From assembly GCA_010015585.1 (NCBI GenBank), contig ML975155.1: DNA of 64,000 bases; one strand, written 5' to 3'. Shown piece after piece: positions 1 through 12,758 of the stretch. The notes below the pieces were generated by a model that worked only from the letters and a program-made list of their open reading frames with translations, was not told the origin of the DNA and did not search any database. A program made the translations under genes and the position numbers. This stretch comes from Eremomyces bilateralis CBS 781.70. Taxonomy: Eukaryota. The number at the start of each line of letters is the position of its first letter. Positions within the stretch are counted from its first letter, which is position 1.

Positions 1-172
1 TCAACGTCCCTCCACCTTTCGTTGATCTTGATGCGAATTCTTCCAACTAGATAGCTGGTCTTTCCGAAGAAAAGAATATGCTAATCAAACTCTGGCAATG
101 CGAGATATGCATCAGGCCTCATGAATATCTCTCCGTTTTCAACGGTCAACCCTAGTCTTGATATGTTCTCTC

Positions 173-790
173 CTATGTTCTGTGTGACGCCCCTTGCTTA
201 CGATGGAGCGGTTTCTTCTTCTTGATAGTAGGGCCTTTCTCAGCGAAATAAATTTCAGCTTTGTCGATGCTTTGCCAAACATCGGAGTCCATATACGAAG
301 CCATCTCTTTTATGCGCTTTTCCAGTCTTTCTGCCTGAGATTGGCGCCGGTGGATCCCGATGGTCCTTGAAGTGCGTCGCTGAAAGATTGCAAACTCGTC
401 GTTCGCCCGCGTTGCCATTATATCTGCAACCTCGTTCCCTTCAACACCTATATGCCCTTTGATCCACCGGAGGTCGACAGTGCGCCAAGGGACGCCAGGT
501 CTGCACAGACGAGGATCTGGCATATTAGGCTGCCTTTAACGTGTTGAGTTGTGGAGCACATGGTTTTCCCAACTACATTGCCATGATATCGTCGAGGATA
601 GGCACGGCATCTATGAAGATGATGGCAGCGAAAGGTTTTGAATTGGCCTAAAAGGTATCCCAATTGGTCTGCAATGCCGTCTCTAGAGCCTTCAGGACTC
701 CTAATGTCTCGCTCTCCCCTGAGTGAAGCCCACGGTTTGTTTAGATGGCTCCGTGCATCATCTAACTGAGCGTTTGAAAAGCCTTGCACA
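173..790 (-). pseudogene. Decayed RNase H (RNase HI-like) coding sequence, probably a retroelement relic
   Basis: Minus strand gives ESETLGVLKALETAL (E-helix) and IIFIDAVPIL (IFTDS-like), interrupted by in-frame TAG stops. After a frameshift it gives TVDLRWIKGHIGVEGNEVADIMA, the RNase H C-terminal W.KGH.G..GNE.AD motif. Confidence 0.75.
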
Positions 791-2606
791 CTTTAATGGA
801 ACCAACCATGCAATGGAGGACGAAATTGGACACCGGGCAATTTTGTGGTATCCGCAGAACTAGCTAGTTAATTATACATGTATTATGGCTCTAAGCCTGT
901 TTTTCTAATCCTCTAGAGTGAGTCGCGATGGCGCATTTTTTGATCGTATTCTTGTACTTGTTCATTTTTTTCGTTCTGACTTTGGGTCGAGCCACGTTCT
1001 GGTTATCGGTGGTTGCGGTGTTTGGGGATCTGCTTGAGAGCGCAGCTTTTCGTATTGTGGTATGTTCATGTTGTACAAAATGGCGACCTGCGGAGGGAAA
1101 ATGTTGCGGGAAAGTGTTGGTGAGATGTGTAGAAATGGGTGATTTGACTTATAATTATGATATACATTATTGATGTTGTGCTTGAATAAAAATTGAAGAC
1201 TGCTCTAGGCCGTCAAGGGGTGAATGAATTTGATGATGCTACACTTTCGACAGACCCCAAGCCACGGAAATGGGGAACCATATAAATATACCTGACTAGA
1301 CCGAGCATGATATGAGCAGAATCTATATTATCTCAAATGGCTGTCAAGCTAAATAGGTTAAGGAACCAGGAATTTGTGAGCCCAGGGGGTTTGCTTCAGG
1401 GTCACCAATTTCGTCCATCTGTAACAATCAAGCGAAGGCCGTTGGCTTATCTAAGTAGTAGTGTTCTAAAGGTTTTTTAAATAGCAAGCTCTGACACACT
1501 CGATTATATATTCTTTTGAAATTTCAGGGCTGTCGAATTTCTGAACATCATGGCCGTGAGGGACGAAGTACACTTCCCCAGTAGCTTTTGCAAAAAATGG
1601 CTATCTTTACCTCAAATTTACGAAATTGTAGACTAACATTGAGATTTGATTGGTATTAGAAACATTTGTCTGAAGCCGTGCATGGCCTTTCCGGTTACCA
1701 CCAGTGGTACTAATAGTGCTTTTTGGCCCAAAGCGTTGCAGACAGGGTTTCAAGTTTTGCGCTCCGGTAGAACTAAAACTGAAGGAATCTTGCCATGACC
1801 GCCTTGCCAGAAAACGACCCAGAATTCTGCATAACTAGGTACATCTTGATCCTTGGCAGGCAATAAAACTGTTGTTTCAGTGCCAATGACGCCTCAAGCG
1901 CGGAGAGTCAGAGTAGCTTGTAAGGCTGCTAAACGCCTATGAAATGATTTCAAAGATACATAGAATGAGAAATGCTCTGCTAGGGTCCTAGGGGACGTAA
2001 AAGACCTTCCGAAAAAAGCAGAAAAAACAGACCTGTCCAACCCAACGTCAAGTAGAGGATCATCAACCCCAAGGGGTCCGGCTTCTCAGGGGATGTACCA
2101 ATTAGGCTATCATGCTCATACTTATGTACTAGGAATGTAAGTTTAAAACTTATACACTTCAAGGTTCGGACGCAGCCACTGAAACAGGCCTGCTGGGATT
2201 CCTCCCTAACCTAAGTGCCATCGACGGAGCGTGGACAAAACAAAACAACAAGTCTACCACTATGTCGAAGACATACGCATCGTGTATTCGGGAGACGAGA
2301 CCGATATCTCCGAGCCATCATCCTTCGAGTCACTGGCTATACAGGTATTCAGCTCACATTCAAAAGGGATGATGAAGCGGGAAGACTCCATGTTGTCACA
2401 AAGATATCTGCAAAGGTACCTATCAAACTCATACAGTCCATGCGGCCGCAGCCGATCCAACACCTGACGATGCAACAAATCAACACGACTCCACCAAACG
2501 CCACCGCGAACCCCCTGCCTGTCGAGCCTACCGAGCGGCGAACTGCCTCAATGCTCTGTACAATACTATCAATAACATACAACCATAGCACCATGAAACG
2601 CCGACC

Positions 2607-4811
2607 TTAATCGACCTTCCCTGCCGCCGCTCCACCCCCCATGAACCCACCCATCATTTTCTCCGGATCGCTCATGTGGAAAAAGCCGGGGGTGTGCCCG
2701 TGCGACCGGCGTCGAACCCGGTGCTTGTTAGTCAAATAGACCAACAGCAGCGCGCCGACGACGATGCCGAGGCTGATGAAGGAGTGGTTGGATGCGAAGG
2801 AGGTGATGCCGAACACGACACGGCCGATGGAGCCGTGGGTGGACTTCGCTGGGATCTTGGGAGGGTTGGCGATGACCTTCGGGAGTGTCTCGAGGATCGA
2901 GGTGCGGCTGGGCATAATGTGGTTTCCGGTGATGGTGGTGTCCCAATATCGGCGGTTCTGGGTGAGCATGTTAGTATTGAGAGTAGAATGAAGCGCCCTG
3001 ACAACTAACGGCTTGGTCGTTGATGATCACACTCTCACCACCATTGACATCGATTCCGTATGTAGTCCGGATCCATCGCTCCCAGAAGATGCCATCCACC
3101 CACGCAAACCTCACCTTCTTCCGGTCAACCTGATCCATGTCGATGGTGATGAGCTTCGCGGTCTTCAGACTCTTCTCATCATTGCGATCTTCCGCCTCCT
3201 CGATCCGCAACTGCTTCGCATCCCGCAGTTCCTGCTGCTCCAGGTCGAACGCATGCTGCTCCTTATCCATCCACTCGCCAGCTGCGTTCTTAATCTCGCG
3301 GATCGCCGTTTCGAACTCGGTGCGTTGCCGGGATAGGATGCCAAGAACGACGAGCTTGCCATCCATGATCTCATGGGAATTCTGCGCGGTGAGCTCGGGC
3401 ACCAGCGGCAACCAAACCGTCTTCATCCAGGTGAGGATCTTGCGGAAATCGCGCATCTCTTTCGGAGTGATGGGCGCGTAGGTGTTCGACTTGGTATCGC
3501 GGGAGACCAGGAGTCGTGGCCAAGTCGAGACCTTGAATCGTTCGAACATCTTCTTGTCCTTCGTTTTGACCAGTTTACCGTGGCCGATGAGAGCCAAAGT
3601 TAATTTTTCCAGCACCGCGAAGTCTTCCGTTGTGGTCGCATGGTCGTAGCAATAAATGAAAAGAACCGGCTCCTTCTCCTCCATCTTCTCGAACGCCTTG
3701 AGATCCACATCGGCAATTCCGTCGCTGAGCTCAGCACCCTTCTCGGCGAAGTCTACGAAGTCCCCAACGCCGCGCATGCCGTCATATTCGACGCGTTCTC
3801 CACCACGGAAGAAGCTGATGGTGGGAAACATCTTCACCTTGGCGTCCTTGCAAAGCTGTCTCTCAATGTCGCAATTGACTTCGCCAACGTTAAGCTTTCC
3901 CTTCATGGCACGGGCCATCTCTACCCAGTTTGGAGCCATATGTATGCAATGAGGACACCCGGGAGAGTAGAACTTCACAAACCAGGAGTCTCCGGTTTCG
4001 GTGACCAGCGTCTTGAAGCTCTCGGAGGTGAGAACTTTGGATTCGCCATTCGGATTCGCATCTGGTTTCGGGTGGCTAATGATCGGTTTGCCGGACTCAT
4101 TGGTTGGCACGGGCTTTGACTCGGGCTTTTTGCCAGGAGTGGGCGGTTTAAAGTCAGGGGTGGTGCTTGCGCCAACGTCGGGCAGCTGCAGTCCTTCTCT
4201 CTGTCGCGAACCAGGCCGGATGGTTTCCAATGTCTCTTCAATCCAGTCGGAGTAGAATTTGAGACTGTTAACTCCCGTCACGGACTTCAGCTGCTTGCCA
4301 TCTTTGTACATGCGGATCGTCGGGTATGAATTCACGTCCTTCGCCGCGCAGGCATCAGCGTTCGTAACGCAGTTGACCCGGGCAAAGTTGAATTTGTAGT
4401 ATCGGTTGAAGGTGTTCAGCGCTTCGGCGTTGCCTTTCGAGATTCCGGCCAACGGATCGACGGTGTAATAGAACTCGTATAGCGTCTGCCATGTTGGCGC
4501 CAGTTCCTGGCAGTGGTGGCAAATGGGTGAGAAGAACTCGACAAACCTGCATGTGTTAGCTCCGACGATACATGATATTGGTGACAGCCAATGAAATACC
4601 AGTGACCATTCTGAAGGTGCTCATCGATCGAATCCAATGTCAACTCCTCCAGGGGAGGCACTTCCTGAGCATTGAAAATCGTGGGTTGCGGCTCGTCGTC
4701 CGAGTCTGTAGTTTTCGCATCTCTTTCCTCTAATGATTTACCCTCCATTGCGAGACCCAGAACTGGTGATAGCAGGGCCAGCGCCGCTGCTGAAAACCAC
4801 AGTGGCCTCAT
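2607..4811 (-). CDS. EPS1: Membrane-anchored ER thioredoxin/PDI-family protein (Eps1-like)
   Basis: ATG 4811 with signal peptide MRPLWFSAAALALL. Introns 4599-4547 and 3009-2958 (GT..AG, CTAAC). Two thioredoxin domains, FVEFFSPICHHC and WFVKFYSPGCPHC. C-terminal TM helix FISLGIVVGALLLVYL; ends GKVD. Confidence 0.88.
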
Positions 4812-5396
4812 GGTGGTTTCGGAGGATAGTTGTAGGGGGCCGGGATGAGGATGCTTTCGAGGCCGTAGGACCCAAATAATCACCGTCTCTGGCCCTTTTC
4901 TGTTTGATGATCAACAGAGTCCGGTCATCTGTTTCATCGGTACCGGCAGTCGACGAGAACAAGGCTGGCAACCTGAAAGAGTTGTAGGACGTGGAGGCTG
5001 ACCGGAGCAAGGCCGGGACACGCCTTCCTACGAGGATAGACGAGGTTCAGGGTAGTCAATAAGCAATAAGGTATGTGATGCTGCAAGATGACAACACTCA
5101 AATCTGAAGGCGAAGCTCTTAGACGTACCGAACCGAAGGGTTGAAGGAGCGCATTACAATATAAATGAGGTCTCGTGTCCAGATGCAGCTCCATTGTATG
5201 GATATGATCAATGCCGCAGGGTCTCGCCAAGCCTTTTTGTCTTGGCCTTCAACTGCATCTCGAGCTCCACATCTGAACATCAAGCTTCGACATCACCGTT
5301 CACCCATCATCTGAACTCAGCTCAATTGACCACACCCTACCTCTGAACCAATTCTAAAAAGGTCCATTATCTCCGTACGGGCGTACTTCCTCCATC

Positions 5397-6195
5397 ATGC
5401 GGGCAGCAACCCGCCTTCTCGCCCGATTCCTCGAACCCGGCCAACCCACCGGCTTGACAGGACTCCGGGTCCATCCCTCTCCACGATCCACCCTCATCTA
5501 CCTCTACAGCCAGACCCTCAGCAAACTCCAGACGATACCGAGTTCCTCCGCCTACCGGGTTGCCACCGAATCCCTCACGAAGCACCGGTTACAGATCATC
5601 GAGGAGTCCAAGCCGACGGGGTACGCGGAATGGCAGCAGCGCATCCGCCAGGCTATCGCCAGCGACCCGAAGAAATATGCGGCCGCCGGGCTTGCGATTC
5701 AGAAATCGGATGATGGGAGGGAATTTGTGCATATGAAGCCGGTGGAACATATTGACTGGAGGGGCCCGAAACAGTCCACGGATCCAATTGGCGAAGATAT
5801 GGGGGCAGAGGCGGTGAAGGAAGATGCTAGGGACGTGCATTTGGAGGCAGAACCGCAGCTGACGGCGGAGCAGTACGTTTCCTCTTTCATTTGATGCCAG
5901 CAGCTCCGCTCCGACGATGATTGTGGAGCAAAATTTTGTCAACATTGATAGATGGCTAACAGAGTCCTAGAATCTCCGAGGTCGAGACCAAAATCGGCGC
6001 AGGATTAATAGAAGAAGTCATCCAGGTTGCAGAGGGAGAGTTGGAGCTGGCGAACCAGATGATTAAAGATAAAGTGTAAGTTTCCCGCGATAGAATTCCA
6101 GCCATGTCACTAAACTCACCCTTGGCAGGTGGGAGGAGCTCATCGAGAAACCGGTCGAAGGCCAGTGGACATATTTCGACCGACCATCCACGTAG
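5397..6195 (+). CDS. NDUFA5: NADH:ubiquinone oxidoreductase 29.9 kDa subunit (NDUFA5)
   Basis: PTGLTGLRVHPSPRSTLIYLYSQTLSKL...YRVATESLTKHRL. Introns about 5873-5970 and 6075-6128 join ISEVETKIGAGLIEEVIQVAEGELEL and VWEELIEKPVEGQWTYF; stop TAG 6193-6195. Confidence 0.93.
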
Positions 6196-9100
6196 GCAGT
6201 ACTTCACAGAACCCTGAATGGATCCAAAATATCGTTCGTCCATCGAGCTCGACTGTACATATATCTTACTGCTGCGGGCATCAAAGAGGCTGGAGGTACC
6301 ATGTATGCTGACCAAATAGACCATGAATTCAATTGAACCAATATAGAACAACCGGATGCTCTCAATACGAGCATCTGTTGGCTCTTTCTTTGCCCCGTTG
6401 CAGTACGATGCGCCATCCAAGTTATGACAGCAAACCACCACGCTTTATTGAATCAACCCCACCTTGGGCATGAGGAATGTGCGGACAAGATCTGAACTGC
6501 TTGTATGGGATGCTACCTCTCAACAGTTCTTGGAATACTAAGTATACGTACTCCCTAGTGAACAACTTTCCCGCTTGCTCACTTCCCGCTTGCTCAAAAG
6601 GCATCGAATTATTGTTCAAAGATAGGGAAGAACCGCCGAGAGGCTCCAGTGGCAGTCTCTGGAGACGCGAAATTGTTGCTGCAAGGAGAGAAAGCGTTTC
6701 CTGTGCGTATCCTTGAAGTTCTAGACAGTCATTCAGTCTTCAAACCAATCCCCCTACCCAAGATACGAGATATCTACGAAAGCTACATACATAGTAGACT
6801 CTCAAACGAGGTCTGAATTGAGCACTGATCAACCTGTACTCGATGTGGCTAATTGCTCCGGCGATTCTGAAACACGGATACGATCTCATGGATGCATCTT
6901 CCTCTAATCTCCTCCGTATTTCTACTCGTCACATTACACATAAAGTATAGGACTCGTTAACTACCGGCAACCTAGAAGTGCACTTGCAAATCGTATACCA
7001 ATGAGGAATGTCATATTGAAGACAATGTCGAGGACTATCCCCATCTAGTTGCAACCGCTATATGATCGTATATCTGTAGATTTAACAACTGTTTAGGGCA
7101 CGGCCGGAATAACAGGTGCCGATACAAGACGACTATTAGCTGAACGGATGTGATTGGCGCCGTAATGTCATCTTTCCTTCTTCGGCCAGCTCTTCATTTT
7201 GGCTGTAACGTGTAAGAGATTGCGATCGATCAGATTTCGCAGGGATAGTTTCTGTCACTTCATCCATGTCTATCACGAATGATCGTCGCCCGTTTCGTGC
7301 GTCGTGATATGTACCTACGCGAAGAATTGCCCGAGAATCATACCGGTCAAATGGGAATTGGGATGGCGCGTTAAGCGCGACTCGATGAGAGCGTTCGTTT
7401 CATTACAATCCTCTCGGCTCTCATTCCCCAAGTCGCCACCGTTGCCAAAACGAAATATATCATATGAAACCCACGATTCATCTACAAGACGCGGAACAAT
7501 TCGCCGTTCTACCGTCAACTGAATCCTGATGTTCAAACCCCGAGTCGCGAACCAATATCTCAATCTCCACCCATCTAGCCACGCCGCCACCGTGCCACAC
7601 GTCTCCCGCAGGCCGCACGGGAGCAAGCGTCGGGGGATCCAGATTCCAGGCGTCGCGGTGCCTGAGTGCCTGAGTGCCGAGGGAGGGTGTCAGGGTGGAC
7701 CGTGGACGTGGTGGTGGACGCGGTGGATCGGCGGGACGAGGGAGACGAGGAGGCGCGAGGAGGACCGGGCGGGCGGAGATCGCGTAGCACAAAGTGATCA
7801 GGTCCCACTGTGGGTGCGAACACCAAGAGGGCTAGGTGGGATGGACACGAATTACGATGTATCGCAGGATTTTGGGAAGTGATTCGGGATAGAAGGGGGA
7901 ATGGGCTGGTTTGGATTGTGCGTGATCAATTGGGATTGGGATGGCATTGGGATGAGATTCCTTGACGTGTTGTTTATCTACTATGTATGAAGGTGAGGAA
8001 TATCTTCCGGGTTCGGGATTAGCCAGTGATATTTTCTCTAAAGCTTGCCCAGGAGATTGTTTCTGATGTAAGGTGTCTGTCTTCCTCCAACAATATTGAT
8101 ATCGCACACACAATTTGGCCTTGCATCGCAAAGCGTTATTGAAACTTCTTCATGACATCGGCACACTCCGATACTAGAGTATTGAAGAGATCGAGAACAT
8201 TTGAAATCAGGATATTCCAAGGAATTATGCAATTAACCGTTCATGATTGCCGATATTGAAGGAACTAAGTTGGCAACTAGCTGAGTTCCATGCATGATGC
8301 ATTGGATTCTGTACGTTAGTAGTTAGTACGTAGTTTCGGTGAGGCTGTGAGGAATAAAAAGGGGTTGTACTCTCCGGTCCAGGTTGCAAAAGCCCGATAG
8401 ATCGTTGAACTGATCAACTGACATGTGCTGAATTTGACGTTGCATTTTCCGATCATGGAAAATAGGCGTAACCACCAATTGGAACAGTATGCCCTCACCT
8501 TCTGAGTTTTCATATCACAGATGTACTCAGCGTAATCCAATCCGATCAATTATTGTCAGCATCACCACATCTCAATTCCCAGACTCCCAGACTCCCAAAC
8601 ATACCACACAATCGGATCTCAGCACCCGGAAACATCTCAGGGCACCAACGGACAGATTCCGTTTCCCAAGACCGGTAGTCAAGCGACGCGGCGCGGTGGC
8701 GTGCGTTGGCGCCAGCGCCACCGGCGCCGCGTTGGGACTGATGCCAAGGGACTCGCTCGGAAATCGCTCGCATTTACGATTTTATCAACAATTGGTGGGT
8801 CCGCGAGGGATGAAACACCTGGTCCCCCCTCGATAATGCAACATGAGATGGTGACGATGGATTACGGTACCTAGGGAGCGGATAAGTTGCAGGAAGATAT
8901 TGATTTTATGACGATCAGGGGGAGAGGGAAAGCGACAAGTGTACCAGACACTGCGATACCGAAATGCTGAACGCCTTTCAATCGTTCGGTGGGATGCACA
9001 GCATCTCGATAACTCCCTCATGGATGCGACATGGAATGCATGCATGCACAACAGAACAATTCGATTGAAGTGCCGAAATTCGTCGTGAATCTGGTTTCAG

Positions 9101-12100
9101 CTGAGTCATGCTACCTGGGAAGTGTGTGGTGATTGAGTCGCGCCCACAACGTCCAACAATTGGTCGAAATGCAAGGGAAGCTGCGTAAGGTATTATTAGC
9201 ACCAATGGAAACGTCAGCGGTAATGTTGGACGCATGATCTCCAAAGACTGTGTAATGTTAATCTCGTCCGTTTTGTCCGCTTAGGGATAAAAGGAGTCCC
9301 TTGATGGCAAACCGTGTTTCTATTTCGACTCTAGGCGTGCCACTCTCCTTGAACCGCGCTGTGTCCGTTCCCTGTTCCCCGTACCATTGAAACCATCTAC
9401 AAATCGCTCAGCTCAACCATTCCTCCATCGAACCATCGAAACTTCATGCTTCATGCTCCGTGACCCCCGACATCGGTGATAAGGAAGTCAAATCCAGCCA
9501 ACCGAGGGCTAATTCGATTCGGGGAACGAATCCCTGGATCGGCATACCTTGGTCCGGGGCGATCTCAGTGCTCAGCAATGACGGAAAGGGGGGGTTGTAG
9601 GGAAGGACTTCCTCTTTGGGTCTGTAAAGCGCGGAAAGATTTTCCGAAATCATCGGTGGTGTTGAGAAGAATGCGCGGATTCGTTCCAGCAATGATCGGC
9701 CTGAAGCTGCGGCATGGGAACTTTATTACGCACGCCCATGGTGACTAAGTGGCTCTTAAGGAGGTCGCCTGACGGAAGGGAATGGGTGAGAGACCTCCGG
9801 TCATGAGAAATGATGACATGCCCTTACAATATCGCGTACCGAAAGGTATAGGCATTATAGATACGATGCGAAAGCAGCCGATGATGATCAGCTTCGTAGG
9901 CCGACTAGATAACTGAAGTTGAAATAAAGTTGGTGATGCTCCATCCAGGTGGGACCATCACTGGCAAACTGGGGCCGCCCTCCCTCGTGGTCGACGCGGG
10001 CGGTGTGGGAGATTCTGGACTTCTGGAGAGGGTGGTGGGTTGCGGACTTACGGTGGCAGGATGCGGACGAAAAAAAAGCCCTGATCCAGATCGAAAGTGG
10101 GTTTGAATTGATCGTTGCTGGGGACATGATTGAACGAGTGGAGTGTTCGTGGTGAAGAGGCTAACAATGGGTCCTCAATGTCCCTCTTCCTTGACAATAT
10201 CAAGTTATCAACCTACACAGGGGAAGATGAGCAACGCCATACCGAGTACGAGTATCCGTGTAATAATGAGAATATCGACTTTAAGACCATACCTTAACGG
10301 CTGTGAGCTTCCAACTTGAGATGCGCCCACCCACCGTTTTATCAGGTGTTACCACTTACCACGCTTATCCCCGACCACCCGAAGCTCCCTTGTCGACGGC
10401 TGTTTTTGTCCGAAGACCAGGTCAGTCAGCACTCAGCGGGATGCCGTACTTCCGATCACCCTGGTTGCTTGAATGCAAACTTTGTGAATTGTACGAAGCA
10501 TCCAGGGACTAATTCCGCCTCAATACAATACGAAGTTGGTACGCATGTACAGTACCAATGTGATATGATACCTCAAACGCCACGAATCCTTCTGTTCCCT
10601 CAGGGCTCAGGCTCACCAAAGCTTCCGCGGAAAGGGACTGAGCGTCCGAGCCGCTCAGGGAGGCAGGGAGAGATCGGCGGCTGGGCGCTTGGGACACTTC
10701 ATGGCTTGCATCTGCATTTCGGCGGTTTTTAGGAACCATGAAAGGTGGCTGACTCTATCCGCGTATCCCTGCACCCATGGCGTTCAGATTTTCAAGTTTC
10801 AGTTCGATTTTGCCGCTCCCATGCCTGGCGTCATGCAACATGGATGGGTGGTGCTGAATCGATCGAAGGCGATCGAAAAGACCAGACGTGAGCGTGATGT
10901 CTCTCAACCGAAGATGAGAGAAAGTCATGTCAGCAGCGCGCGACGATTGGACGTCCAGCCATGGAAGCTGATGGTTTCGTGATGTCGTGGACGGCGCAAC
11001 CTCACTGGTCGGCCAGGAATCATCCCAAACAAGCAACGCTGAACCGTGAACACGCGTCCTAGTGAGGAACCTAGTCCCTCGTGAGTTTAGGCTCAAATCG
11101 CAAACTCGAATCATCGGCATTTGTCTCGCTTCCTTTCCTGCGCATTTCTCGCTTCGGCGGATTCCCCTGATCGGAGCTCTCGGGGGCGGGCTCCCTTTTT
11201 CATTTCTGCGACGCCTGCACTGCCAGGTGCGCCGTAGGAGGGTCAAGCACTTGGAAAGTCCTTGGGACGTCACTATTGGTGCATCGTGTCCTTCTCTTGC
11301 TTGACTATAGTCCGTGACAAGAGTTAGAATGGTTACGGAAGACCGGAAATTTCCTAGTACTGGTAAGCGGAAAGCGAGATTCGTTTGGGATAAGCAGATG
11401 CCCACGATGATCAGACGAGGATAGCGCAGTAATACCAGGATTATTTCATACCGTGAAGACTTTGACAGCGATGATGACAATGGTATTTCTTAAAGCGACA
11501 ACGGCAGGAGACACCCTTAGAGAGCCTCCTTTGAGTCGTCCTAGTGTTCCTTCCCTTTTGATATATCCCTTGGAATGCGAACCATATACGAGAGGCTAGT
11601 AATTCCGTCTGTACAACGATATTCATGTATTAAAGGTACAGTTAAATCCTATTTCCGGTAGCCGGCCGGTCCTGGTGGCTTATCCATCCTGCCTGTATTG
11701 ATAGGGGTATTAACTGTGAATGGAAAATGGTTGCGATCCTCACGCCCTAACTCCAACAGTCCAACTCAACGCCTGTGAAAGTTACAGCTCTACTGTGAAT
11801 CTATTTTGATTTTGGGATATCTGCAGATTCTCGTGGCCTCGATTCTCCCCCAAACTATTCGTTTACTAGATCCTGCAAGTCCTCGAAGAAACCCAATTCC
11901 TTTCAAATTGCCTTGGGTAATATTTCCTTGAATTGCCATCCCACCAACCCCTCGAGACCGCAGCCATCGGTTCAATCCACGTCATAGAGGTGTTCCGTGC
12001 ATTGGTCGAGTTTTTCTAGCATCGTCACTGGGCCGAAAACGGGCAAGTCTCGGTAGATTAAGGGCATTCGGGCATTTAGGCGCCGGTGAGGGCCCGGCGG

Positions 12101-12291
12101 CCTAAGGGATCAAACCCATCAAGGGAACTGGGCGCAGGCGAAAAGAAAAATCTGAGGAGCCGGAGGCATGAGCTGACCAGTTTACATTGATGCCCTCGCA
12201 CGATTCTTCACTCAATTATTATTGAACCCTTTAACCCTGTTGCCGCACCAGTTGTTGGCGGGTTGTACTCTGTAATAACCAGTTAGTGTCT

Positions 12292-12314
12292 CCAATCGCC
12301 AATCGCCAATCGCC
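12292..12314 (+). promoter_or_regulatory. Three tandem CCAATCG units (CCAAT-box-like) upstream of the NsdC-like gene
   Basis: Sequence ccaatcg-ccaatcg-ccaatcg-cc seen directly; the regulatory role is inferred. Confidence 0.4.
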
Positions 12315-12511
12315 TCCCGGCTCCTATTTCGCAGCAACGCTCCGTCACCCAGACCGTCAGCAAGCCCTCTCCCAATTCATTCTAGGTTTTGCCATCCATC
12401 CATTCGACCCGGCTGGTTGATGGTTCCTCTCCTCTCTAATACTGTTCTAGGCGGTTTATCCTAGTTCGCCCTTGGGTCATCCCCCGAACTGCCGTCCGTA
12501 ACGGCGTAACC

Positions 12512-12600
12512 ACAGGCTACCCGTACAGGCTACTGTTAGCACCGTACAGGCTACCGCCCACTTACTACATTTACAGGCTACGGCCTCCAGCCTACAGGGC
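12512..12600 (+). repeat. Cluster of ACAGGCTAC repeats in the probable 5'-UTR/intron of the NsdC-like gene
   Basis: ACAGGCTAC at 12512, 12525, 12546 and 12573 (CCGTACAGGCTAC exactly twice), plus a variant near 12587. Followed by CTGAC..TAG (12608-12617). Confidence 0.8.
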
Positions 12601-12758
12601 ACACAACCTGACACTAGGAGTCGACGACTAACAACGAGGCGACGAGTTGACGACCTTGGCCATTCTTCTCCTGCTGGTACTCATCTTTCCCGCTCACACA
12701 AATTTCTTTAAAACTTCTACCACTCCCTTCTCCAGCGCGTCGCCCCGATTTTTCCACC

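Noticed and set aside
10755..11480. 241-aa minus-strand ORF upstream of nsdC
   Set aside because: Non-ATG start, no codon bias and no motifs; probably a chance ORF in regulatory DNA.
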